From NCBI GenBank assembly GCA_026770705.1, contig JANJGN010000010.1:40052001-40116000 (forward strand): a DNA stretch of 64,000 bases, in the 5' to 3' direction. Shown piece by piece: positions 49,224-61,589 of this stretch (position 1 is its first letter; each line of letters opens with the position of its first letter). This stretch comes from Isurus oxyrinchus. Its lineage: Eukaryota. Below the pieces are notes generated by a model. That model saw only the letters and a list, made by a program, of their open reading frames with translations, was not told the origin of the DNA and did not search any database. A program made the position numbers and the translations under genes.

Positions 49224-49545
49224 CCTGCAGAATTAGCTTCAAACTGCTTTCAACAGGTATTGCTGATACCTGTGAATGAGTAACTTCAGTGCTACATTCC
49301 ACCTGCTGTCTCCAAGATGGGAATGAAAGTTGCTTTGGCAGTTACACTGGAAAACCCACCTTCAGGAGATTCGTCTTCCATCACCATTCTGAAGTTAGTT
49401 CCATTTATGATTTTCAATTTGCCCCTGTATAATGGAGCCTCAACATCTTTTGGAAGCAACGTACTTATGGTACAGAGCAATGTCACTTATTTCCCTCATT
49501 CAGCATCAGGGATACAGGTGAGTTTGGATACATTGAGGGGTAGCA
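49224..49545 (-). pseudogene. Decayed C1-like Ig exon
   Basis: ccag| and G|GTAAGT intact; VLPLNVSKLTCIPDAE*GK*VTLLCTISTLLPKDVE..GGFSSVTAKATFIP..VTH; several stops, 322 nt (frameshift). Confidence 0.75.
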
Positions 49546-50205
49546 CTGGACCAAAGAAAATAATGCAGTAAAAGCATAAATGGAAACAGACATTCATGAT
49601 GAAACAAGAATACCACAAGAATATTCATTTTGGAAATAAGGATATCATTTCCATTTCAGGAAATGGTAGCTCTCTGTAAAAACTCACTGAGGCTGAGAGC
49701 ATGTTTCCAAGTTGTAAAATGCTGAGGTTGCTAGATTGGCATATTCTAAACTTTACTACAGCCTTGGAAAAATACCTAAGAACTCAACATCTTGTGTGAA
49801 AGATCTCACATCTTGAACTGCAGCGGCAATTTTCTTTTATGTTATAAAATGTCACTCTTACAGCAATCACCTTTTCACAAGGGGATCAACATCAAGTTAT
49901 GGGAAGAAGCAATATCTTTCAAGATTGAAACACCAGGTCAAGGTTATAACAAGTTTAAATTATCCCCAATATTAGTGAACAATTAAAGTTTTATTGGTGT
50001 CACACAACTGTGGTGACAATATGGAAACTATACAAATGCATCTGTTTCAAAGATATTTGTCTAGAAGCCATTGCGTAATTGTATTTTTTGTACCCACAGG
50101 TGTTAAAGTATATAAATAACTTAACATGCAAAATTTATGTATGATCATTGTAACATTTTTTTTGTCTGAGTTAGAAGGCTGTAGGTTCAAGCCCCACTCC
50201 AGACA

Positions 50206-51939
50206 CAACTCGCAGACACTTCCTCCTACCTCTCCCTGGACCATGACCCCACCACTGAACCTCAAGCCATTGTTTCCAGGACTGTCACTGACCTCATCTC
50301 CTCTGGGGATCTCCCTCCCACAGCTTCCAACCTGATAGTCGCCCAACCTCGGACGGCCCGCTTCTATCTCCTACCCAAAATCCACAAACAGAACTGCCCC
50401 GGTAGACCGATCGTCTCAGCTTGCTCCTGCCCCACAGAACTCATTTCTCGTTATCTTGACTCCCTTCTCTCTCCCCTTGTCCAGTCCCTTCCCACCTACA
50501 TCCGTGATTCCTCTGACACCTTACGTCACATCAACAATTTCCAGTTCCCTGGCTCCAACCGCTTCCTCTTCACCATGGACGTCCAATCCCTCTACACCTC
50601 CATCCCCCACCAGGATGGTCTGAGGGCCCTTAGCTTCTTCCTCGAACAGAGGCCCGAACAATCCCCATCCACCACTACTCTCCTCCGTCTGGCTGAACTT
50701 GTTCTCACATTGAACAATTTCTCCTTCAACTCCTCTCACTTTCTCCAAATAAAAGGTGTGGCTATGGGTACCCGCCTGGGCCCCAGCTATGCCTGTCTCT
50801 TTATGGGGTATGTGGAACATTCCTTGTTGCAGTCCTACCCCGGCCCCCTTCCACAACTTTTTCTCCGGTACATCGATGATTACTTCGGTGCCGCTTCATG
50901 CTCTCGTCGGGACTTGGAAAAATTTATTAATTTTGCTTCCAATCTCCACCCCTCCATCATTTTCACGTGGTCCATCTCTGACACTTCCCTTCCCTTCCTT
51001 GACCTCTCTGTCTCAATCTCTGGTGATAGACTGTCCACCAATATCCATTACAAACCCACCGACTCCCACAGCTACCTCGACTACAGCTCCTCACACCCCG
51101 CTTCCTGTAAGGACTCCATCCCATTCTCCCAGTTCCTTTGCCTTCGTCGCATCTGTTCCGATGATGCTACCTTCAAAAACGGTTCCTCTGACATGTCCTC
51201 CTTCTTCCTTAACCGAGGTTTTCCACCGACGGTCGTTGACAGGGCCCTCAACAGTGTCCGGCCCATCTCCCGCGCATCCACCCTCACGCCTTCTCCTCCC
51301 TCCCAGAAACATGATAGGGTCCCCCTTGTCCTCACTTATCACCCCACCAGCCTCCGCATTCAAAGGATCATCCTCCGCCATTTCCGTCAACTCCAGCATG
51401 ATGCCACCATCAAACACATCTTTCCTTCACCCCCCTTATCGGCATTCCGTAGGGATCGCTCCCTCCGGGACACCCTGGTCCACTCCTCCATCACCCCCTA
51501 CTCCTCAACCCCCTCCTATGGCACCTCCCCATGCCCACGCAAAAGATGTAACACCTGCCCCTTCACTTCCTCTCTCCTCACCGTCCAAGGGCCCAAACAC
51601 TCCTTTCAAGTGAAGCAGCATTTCACTTGCATTTCTCCCAACTTAGTCTACTGCATTCGTTGCTCCCAATGTGGTCTCCTCTACATTGGAGAGACCAAAC
51701 GTAAACTGGGCGACCGCTTTGCAGAACACCTGCGGTCTGTCCGCAAGAATGACCCAAACCTCCCTGTCACTTGCCATTTTAACACTCCACCCTGCTCTCT
51801 TGCCCACATGTCTGTCCTTGGCTTACTGCATTGTTCCAGTGAAGCCCAACGCAAACTGGAGGAACAACACCTCATCTTCCGACTAGGCACCTTACAGCCT
51901 TCCGTTCTGAATATTGAATTCAATAACTTTAGGTCGTGA
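50206..51939 (+). CDS. Penelope-type reverse transcriptase + GIY-YIG endonuclease (N-terminally truncated; frame open upstream of the ATG at 50575)
   Basis: FYLLPKIHK..GRPIVS, MDVQSLYTSI, QIKGVAMG, LRYIDD, LPFLD, YKPT, CPRKRCNTC, LVYCIRC..LYIGET..RFAEH. Confidence 0.92.
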   Translation, partial: QLADTSSYLSLDHDPTTEPQAIVSRTVTDLISSGDLPPTASNLIVAQPRTARFYLLPKIHKQNCPGRPIVSACSCPTELISRYLDSLLSPLVQSLPTYIRDSSDTLRHINNFQFPGSNRFLFTMDVQSLYTSIPHQDGLRALSFFLEQRPEQSPSTTTLLRLAELVLTLNNFSFNSSHFLQIKGVAMGTRLGPSYACLFMGYVEHSLLQSYPGPLPQLFLRYIDDYFGAASCSRRDLEKFINFASNLHPSIIFTWSISDTSLPFLDLSVSISGDRLSTNIHYKPTDSHSYLDYSSSHPASCKDSIPFSQFLCLRRICSDDATFKNGSSDMSSFFLNRGFPPTVVDRALNSVRPISRASTLTPSPPSQKHDRVPLVLTYHPTSLRIQRIILRHFRQLQHDATIKHIFPSPPLSAFRRDRSLRDTLVHSSITPYSSTPSYGTSPCPRKRCNTCPFTSSLLTVQGPKHSFQVKQHFTCISPNLVYCIRCSQCGLLYIGETKRKLGDRFAEHLRSVRKNDPNLPVTCHFNTPPCSLAHMSVLGLLHCSSEAQRKLEEQHLIFRLGTLQPSVLNIEFNNFRS

Positions 51940-52330
51940 GCTCCCTCCCCCATCCCCACCCACTTTCTGTTTCCCCCTTTTTTCCCCTTTTTTTTCCCTA
52001 TAAATTTTATAGATTTTTCTTTTCCCACCTATTTCCATTATTTTTAAATATTTTAAAATCTTTTATGCTCCCCCCACCCCCACTAGAGCTGTACCTTGAG
52101 TGCCCTACCATCCATTCTTAATTAGCACATTCGTTTAGATAATATCACCAACTTTAACTTTAACACCTATGTGTTCTTTTGTACCATTGTCACTGACATC
52201 TTTTGATGATCTGCTTCTATCACTGCTTGTTTGTCTACACAAGCACCTCTGTCTCTCTCTCTCTCTCCGCCCCCCCACACACACACCTTAAACCAGCTTA
52301 TATTTCAACTCTTTCTTGGACTCGAAATCA

Positions 52331-52369
52331 AGTTCTGTCGAAGGGTCATGAGGACTCGAAACGTCAACT
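52331..52369 (+). ncRNA. Minimal type I hammerhead ribozyme motif (Penelope-type), core variant CUGUCGA
   Basis: AGTT-CTGTCGA-A-GGGTC atgag GACTC-GAAA-CG-TC-AACT: stem I AGTT/AACT, stem II GGGTC/GACTC, palindromic mini stem III. Confidence 0.7.
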
Positions 52370-53859
52370 CTTTTCTTCTCCGCCGATGCTGCCAGACCTG
52401 CTGAGTTTTTCTAGGTAATTCTGTTTTTGTACAGGAGTACATTATGTAGCGCTGGCATTTCTGTGTGGTACCGAAGGAGTGCTGCAGCACTGTCAAAAGC
52501 GTTGTCTTTCAGACGTTAAGCTGAGGCATTGACTGCTCACTCAGCCGGTTTAAAAGATCCTACAGCACTACTGAAGGTGGACAGTTCCCCTGGCCAACAT
52601 TTTTACCTCAACTTTCATTTATACCTTTTCAAGAAAACAAGAAATTGTAATATTTTTCTTCTTGCAATAACCCTGATATATTTTGTTATGTACTGGAAGT
52701 TAGGCTGTAATTGGATTAAGGGCTAGAGTGACAGCAAGGGTCTAAAGCCAACAGTGGCTTTGATATGTTAACGAACCAAGAAGAACTTCAATCAGAGTTT
52801 TACATAAAGTAATAACAGGAATGTTTTTGAATTGAGTTGTTGTAGTTCAAAGCGGGGTAGATACATGCAGGTTGTAAAAAGGTGTAAGGAAATAAGGTAA
52901 AGATAGGGTAAGTTCGTTTTTACAAGTCTAAGAGCTAAAGTAAAGAACAATTGAATCAATTCTGGGAAGAAAGCATTTCTAAAGAGACTGGTTGAGATAA
53001 TAGAGAGATCAAAGGAAAGGAGCGCATTTAAAGAAATACTGAAGCCTATGTGAAAGGGTAGCTTCTCAGATCTTCCAGAAGACAGCAACATGGCTGGTCA
53101 GAACTCTCAGAAGACTGTGAACAATGCCAGACTGAAAAAAGCAATTGCTGTCAGCCTCATAGGACACCCCAAGGTAAAAACACTGTGTAGGAAAAATTAC
53201 GGGAATTCCAAAGATTCTAAAATCTATAAGGATAGTTGCTGACTGAAAAGGGGAAGGTTAGCTCTGAGGATAGTTAAGTTAAGATTTGTGGAACTGTTTT
53301 AAAGTACTCTTTACTATGTGAAATCATTCATGTATTTAAATGTAAGTGTGTTTTATTTGTTTTTCTTTATTATTTTAATAAACGTTTACTATAAAATCAT
53401 CACAAGTAACTGGGGACATCATTTGCTGATTTCAAAACCACTCCTCATACAATACAAATTGCAAAAAACTGTTGTGGGGTGGCCAAGGGCTGCACTGTAG
53501 TTGATGGTAATGCACAAACACGTGTGGGGTGTGGAGTGAGAGAAATGGCCACACATTAGGGAAACCTTATATAAAGTGACCATTCCTCTGCAACTGAGTC
53601 AGTTCAGGCCCAGCCACACTGACATGCTTGGGGTCAGGCATCTTGCTTATTTGCCCAGTCAAGCAACACAGGGACATGAAAGTGCCATCAAATGCCCCTG
53701 AACTTTTCACCCCTCAGGCACAGGCTGCAAACTAATGATAATTTTAGGGGGCTGCAGAATAGTTGGACAACTGGGTATGTTATGCAATCTCCTTGTTAAA
53801 GCTGTCCATGGAGCAGTCACTGGTGAAGGCGCTCACAGTACCTCGCAAACTCATAATTC

Positions 53860-56800
53860 AGGTTTTTATTTATTCATTCACAGAATTTGGGCTTCGCTGG
53901 CTGGGCCAGCGTTGACTGCCCATCCCTGGCTGCCCTTGAGTGGTCAGCTGCCTTATTGAACCACTGCAGTCCATGTGGTGTAGGTACACCCACGGTGATG
54001 TTAGGATGGGAGTTTCAGGATTTTGACCCAGCAACAGTGACGGGAAGGTGATAAATCTCCACGTCAGGATGGTGAGTGGCTTGAAGGGGTGTCCCCATCT
54101 ACCTGCTGCCCTTATCCTTCTAGGTGGTATTGGTCATGGGTTTGGGAGGTGCTTTGGAAGGACCCTTGCTGAATTCCTGCAGTGCATCTTGTAAATGGCA
54201 CCCACTGCTGCTACTGTGCATCAGTGGTGGAGGGAGTGAATGTTTGTGGATGTGGTGACACAATCAAGTGGCCTGCTTTGTCCTGGATGGTGTCAAGCTT
54301 CTTGAGTGTTGTGGGAGCTGCGCTCATCCAGGCAAGTAGGGAGTATTCCATCACACTCCTGACTTGTGCCTTGTGGACAGGCTTTGGAGAATCAGGCGGT
54401 GAGTTACTCATTGCACAATTCCCAGCCTCTGACCTGCTCTTGTGGTCACAGTATTTATACGACTAGTCCAGTTCTGTTTCTGATCAATGGTAACCCCCAG
54501 GATGTTGATATTGGAGGATTCAGTGATGGTAATGCCATTGAACATAAAGGGGCAATGGTTGGATTCTGGAGATGGTCATTGCCTGACACTTGTATGGCGC
54601 TAATGTTACTTGCCACTTGTCAGCCCAAGCCTGGCTATTGTCCAGGTCTTGCTGCATTTGGACATGGACTGCTTCAGTATCTGAGGAGGCGCAAATGGTG
54701 CTCAACATTGTGCGATGATCAGCAAATATCCCCACTTCTGACCTTATGATGGAAGGAAAATCATTGATGAAGCAGCTGAAGATGGTTGGATCGAGGACAC
54801 TACCCTGAGGAACTCCTACAGTGATGTCCTGGAACTGAGATGACTGATTTCCAACAACCACAATCATCTTCCATTGTGCTAGGTATGACTCCAACCAGCA
54901 AAAAGTTTTCCCCGATTCTCATTGGCTCCTTGATGCCACATTCGGTCAAATACTACCTTGATGCCCAGGGCAGTCACTCTCACCTCACCTTGGGAGATCA
55001 TCTGTTTTGTTATGATAGAACCAAGGCTGTAATGAGGTCAGGAGTGAGAGGCGCTGGCAGAACCCAAACTGGGCGTCGATGAGCAGGCTATTGCTAAGCA
55101 AGTGCTGCTTGATAACACTGTTGATGACCCCTTCCATCTCTTTACTGATTATGGAGAATAGACTGATGGGGCGGTAATTGGCCAAGTTGGATTTGTCCTG
55201 CTTTTTGTGGGCAATTTTCCACATAGTTGGGTAGATGCCAGCATTGTAACTGTGCTGGAACAGCTTGGCTAGGGGTCCGGCAAGTTGTGGAGCACAAGTC
55301 TTCAGTACTATTGCCAGAATATTGTCAGGGCCCTCAACCTTTGCAGTACCCAGTGCCTTCAACTATTTCTTGATATCATGTGGAGTGAATCAAATTGGCT
55401 GAAGACTGGCATCTGAGATGCTGGAGACCTCCTGAGGAGGCCAAGGTGGATCATCCACTCAGCACTTCTGGTTGAAGATTGTAGCAAATGCTTCAGCCTT
55501 ATTTTTTGCACAGAGGTTCTGAGCTGCTCCATCATGGAGGATGGGAATATTTGTGGAGCCTCTTCTTCCAGTGAGCTGTTTAATTGTCCACCATCATTCA
55601 CGGGTGGATGTGGCAGGGCTGCAGAGCTTAGATCTGATCCATTGGCTATGGGTTTGGCTAGCCCTGTCAATCACTTGCTGCTTATGCTGTTTGGCATGCA
55701 AGTAGTCCTGTGTTATAGCTTCACCAGGCTGACACTTCATTTTTAGGTATGCCTGGTGTTACTCCTGGCATGCCCTCCTGCACTCTTCTTTGAACCAGGG
55801 TTGATCCTCTGTCTTGATGGTAATGATAGATTGGGGGATATGCCGGGCCATCAGGCTACAGATTGTGTTCAAGTATAATTCTGCTGCTGCTGATGGCCCA
55901 CAATGCCTCATGGATGCACAGTCTTGAGTTGCTAGATTTGTTCGAAACCTACCTCATTTAGCGCAGTGGGAGTGCCACACAACACGATGGAGAGTATCCT
56001 CAATGTGAAGGCAGCACTTCATCTCTACAATGACTGTGCAGTGGTCACTCCCACTGATACTGTCACGGACAGGTGAATCTGCAGCTGGTAGGTTGGTGAG
56101 CATGAGGTCAAATATGTTTTTCCCTCTTGTTGCTTCCCTCACCACCTGCTAAAGATCCAGTCTGGCAGCCATGTCAATTAGGACTCAGCCAGCTCAGTCA
56201 GTAATGGTGCTACCAATCCACTGTTGGTGATGGACATTCAAGCCCCACACCCAGGGTACAACCTGCACCCTTGCACTCCCAGTGCTCCTTCCATGTGGTG
56301 TTCAACAAAGAGGAGCAATGATTCACCAGCTGAGGTACATGGTAATCAGCAGGAGGTTTCCTTGCCATGAGGCTTCATGAGGTCCTGAGTCAATGTTGAG
56401 GACTCCCAGGGCAACTCCCTCCAGATTGGATACTACTATGTCACCACCTCTACTGGACCTGTCCTGCCGGTGGGGCAGGACATACCGAGGGATGGTGATG
56501 GTGGTGTCTGGGACATTATCTGTAAGGTATGGTTCTGTGAGGATGACTATGTCAGGCTGTTGCTTAACCAGTCTGTGAGACAGCTCTCCCAACTTTGGCA
56601 CACACACCCAGATGTTAGTAAAGAGGACTTTGCAGCATCGACAGGGCTGAGATTGCCATTTCTGGTACCTAGGCCGATGCCGGGTAGTCCGTCTGGTTTC
56701 ATTCCTTTTTTGTGACGTAGCAGTTTGTTACAACTGAGTGGCTTGCTAGGCCATTTCAGAGGACATTTAAGAGTCAACCACTTTACTGTGGGTCTGGAGT

Positions 56801-57005
56801 CATGTGTAGGCCAGGCCAGGTAAGGATGGCAGATTTCCTTCCCTAAAGGGCAAAAATCAACAATTGACTTTTAATTCCAGAATTTTTCACTAAATTCAAA
56901 TTCCACCATCTGCCATGGAAAGATTTGAACCTGAGTCGCAATGGGATTATTTTGGGTCCCTAGGTTACTAGTCCAGCAATAATGCCACTATTCCATTGCC
57001 ACCCC
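53860..57005 (-). mobile_element. Near full-length single-ORF CR1-group LINE with tRNA-like 5' head
   Basis: KLGELSHRLVKQQPDIVILTE, VREATRGKNIFDL..SDH, NYRPISL, GVPQGSVL..FADH; A-box/B-box-like motifs at the 5' end. Confidence 0.92.
56921..56995 (-). promoter_or_regulatory. Pol III type-2 internal promoter-like A and B boxes at LINE 5' end
   Basis: TGGAATAGTGG (56995-56985) and GGTTCAAATCT (56931-56921). Confidence 0.55.
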
Positions 57006-58414
57006 TGTAGGCTATTGCACCCCACAGCTCAAGCTAACAGTGCAGATTTGCAGTGCGTGTTAGGAGAATGCCTGTGCCTGAGCTGAGAGCACAGCATGCA
57101 GTCCAGTGGGCAAAGCTGCTGCCAATCGGTCAAGTGGAGTGGCGCTGAGGTGGATGGGGTTTTGGGCAGCCATGCAGCACACTAAACTCTGGCCATCCAA
57201 GTGGTGGCCAGCCCTCTCTGAGTTGCATTATTGGGACTTCAGACTTAACCAAGAGAGCTTCTTAGTACACGCAAGCTAACTCATGCTTTTCTCTCTTTCA
57301 TCCTACAGGAGGAGTACCTCAGGAGCCTGGTGACTTAGCTGTATGCTTCCTGGCTTAGGACAGCGGAGACAAAGGAGAAGAGAGTGACAGTGGTGCCTGG
57401 CTGGGCAAAGAGAGGAACAGCACCCTTAGGAAGAAGGGGTGGCTGGGGCTCCCACAGATGCCACTGAAGAGCATTAGCAAGCCTAGCTAGACCCAGGGTC
57501 TATAGGTGCCACATTTCATTCCTGCAGATGACCAAGAACCAGTATTGCTGAAGACTGCACATGACTAGGGAGCTGGCTGGTCAAATCTGCCAGCTACTGC
57601 AGGACTTGACGCCATGGGGACATGGAGGCCCTCCACTGCCAGTGGCTGTGAAAGTGACCGCGGTGCTTAATTTCTATGCCAGTGGCTCCTTTCAGGACTC
57701 CACAGGTGACCTCTGTGGGATATTTCAAGCCTTCACCTACAAATGCAACCATGAGATCACGGATGCTATCTTTGCGAAGGCACACAGCTGTGTTCAATTC
57801 ACCTGGGATTAGGAAAGCCAGGATGCAAGAGCGCTGGGATTTGCCCAGATCTCAGGTTTCCCACAGGTGCCATTGACAGCACAAACGTGGCGTTCAGACG
57901 TGTGTGGCAACAAGCGCTCAGCTACGCCAACTGCAAGAGCTTCCATTTGCTGAATGTGCAACTGGTGTATGACCACCACAAATGCATTCTGCAGGTGTGT
58001 GCACGGTTCACAGGGTGTGTCCTCAACTCCTACATTCTTAGCAGGTCTCAAATCCCTGACATTTTCCAGGGGCCACAGAGAATGCAGGGATGGCTCCTCG
58101 GGGACAGGGGCTATCTGCAGAGGATGTGGCCGATGACACCTGTGCAGCGGCCTCAGGCTGCAGCCGAGCGAAGGTATAATGAGACTCATGCTGCAACTCG
58201 TACCTGGTGGAGCAAACCATTGGGATGCTGACAATGTGGTTCTGGTGCCTGGACCAGTTTGGTGGAGCCCTGCAATATAATCCATAGAAGGTGGCACGCA
58301 TCATTGTCACCTGCTGCACACTTTACAACCTGGCGCTCCAACGGGCAGAGGAGCTGGTTGAGGAGGAGATGGAAGAGCCGCATGTCTCCTCCGATGAGGA
58401 AGAGGTCAATAAGG

Positions 58415-59110
58415 TGTTATGATGTGGCAGATAATGTGTGCCAGGTAGATAAAATCCACAAGGGAAACTTGTTTGCGCTATCTCAACAGTTTTGCAATTT
58501 GTATTTATTATGAGAAGATGTGTGCACAGAATTCTGAAGTAATCAGTCCACCAGGATCTTCAAAGATTTAAAAAATTAAATTAGAATATTTATTAACAAA
58601 ATAAAAGGTTTCAAACATATATAATACTCCAATTAATTACTACTATAACAAATCCTAAAATTCCTAATTTTCCTGACTCCGTTACACACCCCCTTTAAGG
58701 CAACAGTCCAAAAATAGATTTTAGATTTAAAGCAAAACCAGCAAGTTAACTCAGTACCCACCTAACTGTGGAATTCCAAATGGCTTCCCCAACTTCAGTT
58801 ACTTTACATAGCAGACTAATGCACAAATGGCTGGAGGCTTCTTGAAGGCTTTTTCACAAATTTCCTGTTAGACCTTACGCCCCCTCCTCACATAGCCCTT
58901 CATTCTCCTTCATATATGTTTCTCTCTCTTTAATATGTAAATGCTATTGTGCCATTTGTCTTTGAAACTGTATCTTCCTAATAATATAAAAACTTTCATG
59001 TTGCCAATATTGTCAGTAAACTTTGGGAAAAATAAACACACTCCTTAGCCTTGCTCATCTGGCTAGTTGTAAACAGACAATTATTCCTTTGAAATCCAAA
59101 CAATCGCTTC
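58415..59110 (-). mobile_element. LTR-like insert (partial)
   Basis: Abrupt AT-rich block ending ...ATAACA on the - strand, with AATAAA; replaces the middle of the Harbinger. Confidence 0.45.
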
Positions 59111-59980
59111 ATTTATCTGGCTGATTCTGTGAGGAGAGGGGAAAGCTGTAGTGAGATAAAGCTGCCCTGCACCCCTCTTGCATACACACTATTGGAGGCC
59201 AACTATGGGTGGAGATCAGCTCGTGCAGCAGTGCAGGACTGATGTCCTGGACAAAGGTCTCCATGGCAGCTGCCATCCTACCAGTGTTGACCGCAATGTG
59301 TTGGCATGCTGGTACTATCACCTCAGCCTGAAGGTGGGTGGACTCCTCCATTGTGCCTTGCAATCTGAGGAGCGCAGCGGACATCCCTTCCTGATGTTCC
59401 TAGGCTTGCCTTTGCAGCTGCAGCAACTGAGACATGATCGGGTCCAGAGACTCATCATCTGACTCGGAGTCAGCAGATTTCTGGCCTCCAGCAGTCCTCT
59501 GAGTGCCAGAGACTTGGGAAGTGTCTGCCGCTGCCTGCTGTGGATCAGACAGTGCAATGTGTTCACCAGATTGTGATCCCGAGGCTATTCTAAAGCTAGG
59601 TCCCACCAAGGTGTGTGTCTCTGCACTGGTGGAGGGTGTGGGTGAACGCTGTGACCATTCTTCAATGAAGGTGCCTCCAGATTCCTCTTCAGACATTTCT
59701 CCAGACTTTGATTGGAGGCCCTGGGTTGTGGACTCCGTCAGCCATCTCCCAGATGTGCCTGTGAAAGCAAGGAGAGATAATTACTGTATGGCAGAGGACT
59801 GTGGAATATGGGAAGTGACTCAGAATGATTGTCTGATGGACATTGCACTGCTGGAACATCACTTGGTAGAACGAATGGGTTTGGAACGATACGGAGTGAA
59901 AACCCACCATCATGGCCGGCAGGTAAAACATTGTTTTACCCATTCACTACCGTACTTAGCACAAATCTGAAACGATTCTG

Positions 59981-61235
59981 TCCAGAGATTCTTGTACATA
60001 GATGTTTGAAGGTGACAGGACATATTGAGAAAGCAGTCAGCGAAGCATATGGGATCACAGGCATTATAAGGGGATGTATTGAGTACAAGAGCAAGGAAGT
60101 TATGCTGAACCTTTATAAAACTCTGGTTAGGCACAATTAGGGGGGTTTGCGAGTGGTTATGACAAATCTAGTTAAGGTAGAGAAAACAAAGCTGGGCCAA
60201 GGACTAGATGACACAGATTTAAGGTTTTGAGCAAGAGATGCAGGGAGGATGTGAGGAAGAACTTTTTTATACACAGTGAGTGATGATGACCTGGAACTCC
60301 CTGCCTTGCATGGTGGCTCAGAATCGTTTCAGATTTGCGCTAACTGCGGTAGTGGGTGGGTAAAACCATGTTTTACCTGCTCGCTGTGATGGTGGGTTTT
60401 CACTCCATATCATTCCAAACCCGCTGCATTACTTAAACATTCCCAGGACTCATGCCGTTTCCATGGTTGGCAGGCTCTCATTTGTCCACCGCGCTACCAC
60501 CTCACCGCTTCAGTCCAGCCACGCACACACATTTATTGCTTCCAACCCATGATTGGTGCAGGGAAGATGTCCACAAAAGACAGAAGGACTGCAGCCTCCA
60601 GGTTCAGCGACGTGTCACCGTGCCTTTTGGATGCCGTGAAGGCCTACCATGATGTCTTCTACCCCTGCTCGGGCCAGAAGGTGAGCAGCGGAGTGAACAA
60701 CCAGGCTTGGGATGCAGTGGTCAGTGCCAATGACTTTCAAAAGAGGACAGCTATCCCGTGCCGCCACACAGTGAATGATCTCCTCTGTTCTGCCTTGATG
60801 GAGTCAATCTTCTCATCACTCTCAACTCACACACTCACAAACCCATCACGCATTCATTCCACTCACTCACTGCCGGTTCAAGGGATATCACCATTCACTC
60901 TCTCAAACACATCATCATTGTCCTCATCCTGTCCATGGGACCACTCATCACGGACTTTGAAAACAGAGCCATCCAGCTGGCTGGCGGCAATCTGGACCAG
61001 TCCTGTGCTGACGGTAAGGCCAACACTGCTTGACCAAGTGAGGGTCCAGCAGTGCAATATCCACCAGACAACCACTCAGGGAGTGGAAGTAATCAATGAT
61101 TTCAAAAGCAAAATTGGATAGGAACAAGGGATACAGCAGATGAGTAAGACTGACTGGATTACTCCACAAACAGCCAGCATGGACTCGATAGGCTGAATTG
61201 CATCCCTCTGTGCCACAATGACTCTATGACTTGTA
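59981..61235 (+). mobile_element. CR1 3' fragments (59981-60318, 61091-61235) split by a Harbinger fragment
   Basis: VHRCLKV..IEYKSKEVMLNLYKTLVR; WNSLP; tail gactctatgac. Confidence 0.75.
60319..61090 (+). mobile_element. Harbinger end with Myb/SANT exon
   Basis: MSTKDRRTAASRFSDVS..LLDAVKAYHDVFYP..QKRTAIPCRHTVNDLL; terminus is the inverse of 59880-59980. Confidence 0.75.
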
Positions 61236-61589
61236 ATGTATGGATTACCAATTCCTACAGTGAAACTAATTATCATAATGAGGCCAGTCAATGTTAGTCA
61301 AAACCAATGTTAGAGAAACAAAGCAAATCCACAAATTGTGATTACTTGCCAAGAAATCCTTTCTATAGTTCAATACATTAATAAATATTCCATATCTTCA
61401 AATAAATTATCATACAAAAATCCAATAATCACTTTAACAGTGATTCCTTATGAAAATGAAAATGACCTTACTTTTATGCTATTTTGTTCCAGAAATAAAG
61501 TCCCAAACATACTGTACAAAGCACAACAAAGCCACTGGTGCCTCCAATAATTGGTCCTATTGGCATTTGTTCTGTTAAAGTAGAAAACA

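Larger units (their letters stand above)
50206..52430 (+). mobile_element. Penelope-like retroelement, 5'-truncated, apparently young
   Basis: Uninterrupted RT + GIY-YIG frame followed by a 3' terminal repeat containing a hammerhead motif. Confidence 0.93.
50160..52612 (+). mobile_element. DeuSINE (SacSINE1-like) split into 50160-50205 and 52431-52612 by the Penelope insertion
   Basis: B-box 'ggttcaagcccc' before the insertion; continuation 'gaaggagtgctgca...aaaagatcc...ctggccaacattt' after it. Confidence 0.6.
53470..59980 (+). mobile_element. PIF/Harbinger transposon (same family as 32010-38160) with nested LINE and LTR-like insertions
   Basis: Transposase remnant 57325-58410 (LPVAVKVTAVLNFYASGSFQ, FHLLNVQLVYDH, GWLLGDRGY, YNETHAATR); Myb-gene remnant on - strand 59110-59770. 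Confidence 0.85.

Noticed and set aside
50521-52028. Long alternative-frame and antisense ORFs over the Penelope element (e.g. 50756-51613, 285 aa)
   Set aside because: Expected shadows of a C-rich coding strand; low-complexity translation with no motifs.
52690-53470. LTR-like block (also 15660-16240)
   Set aside because: Composition is suggestive but no termini or TSD could be fixed.
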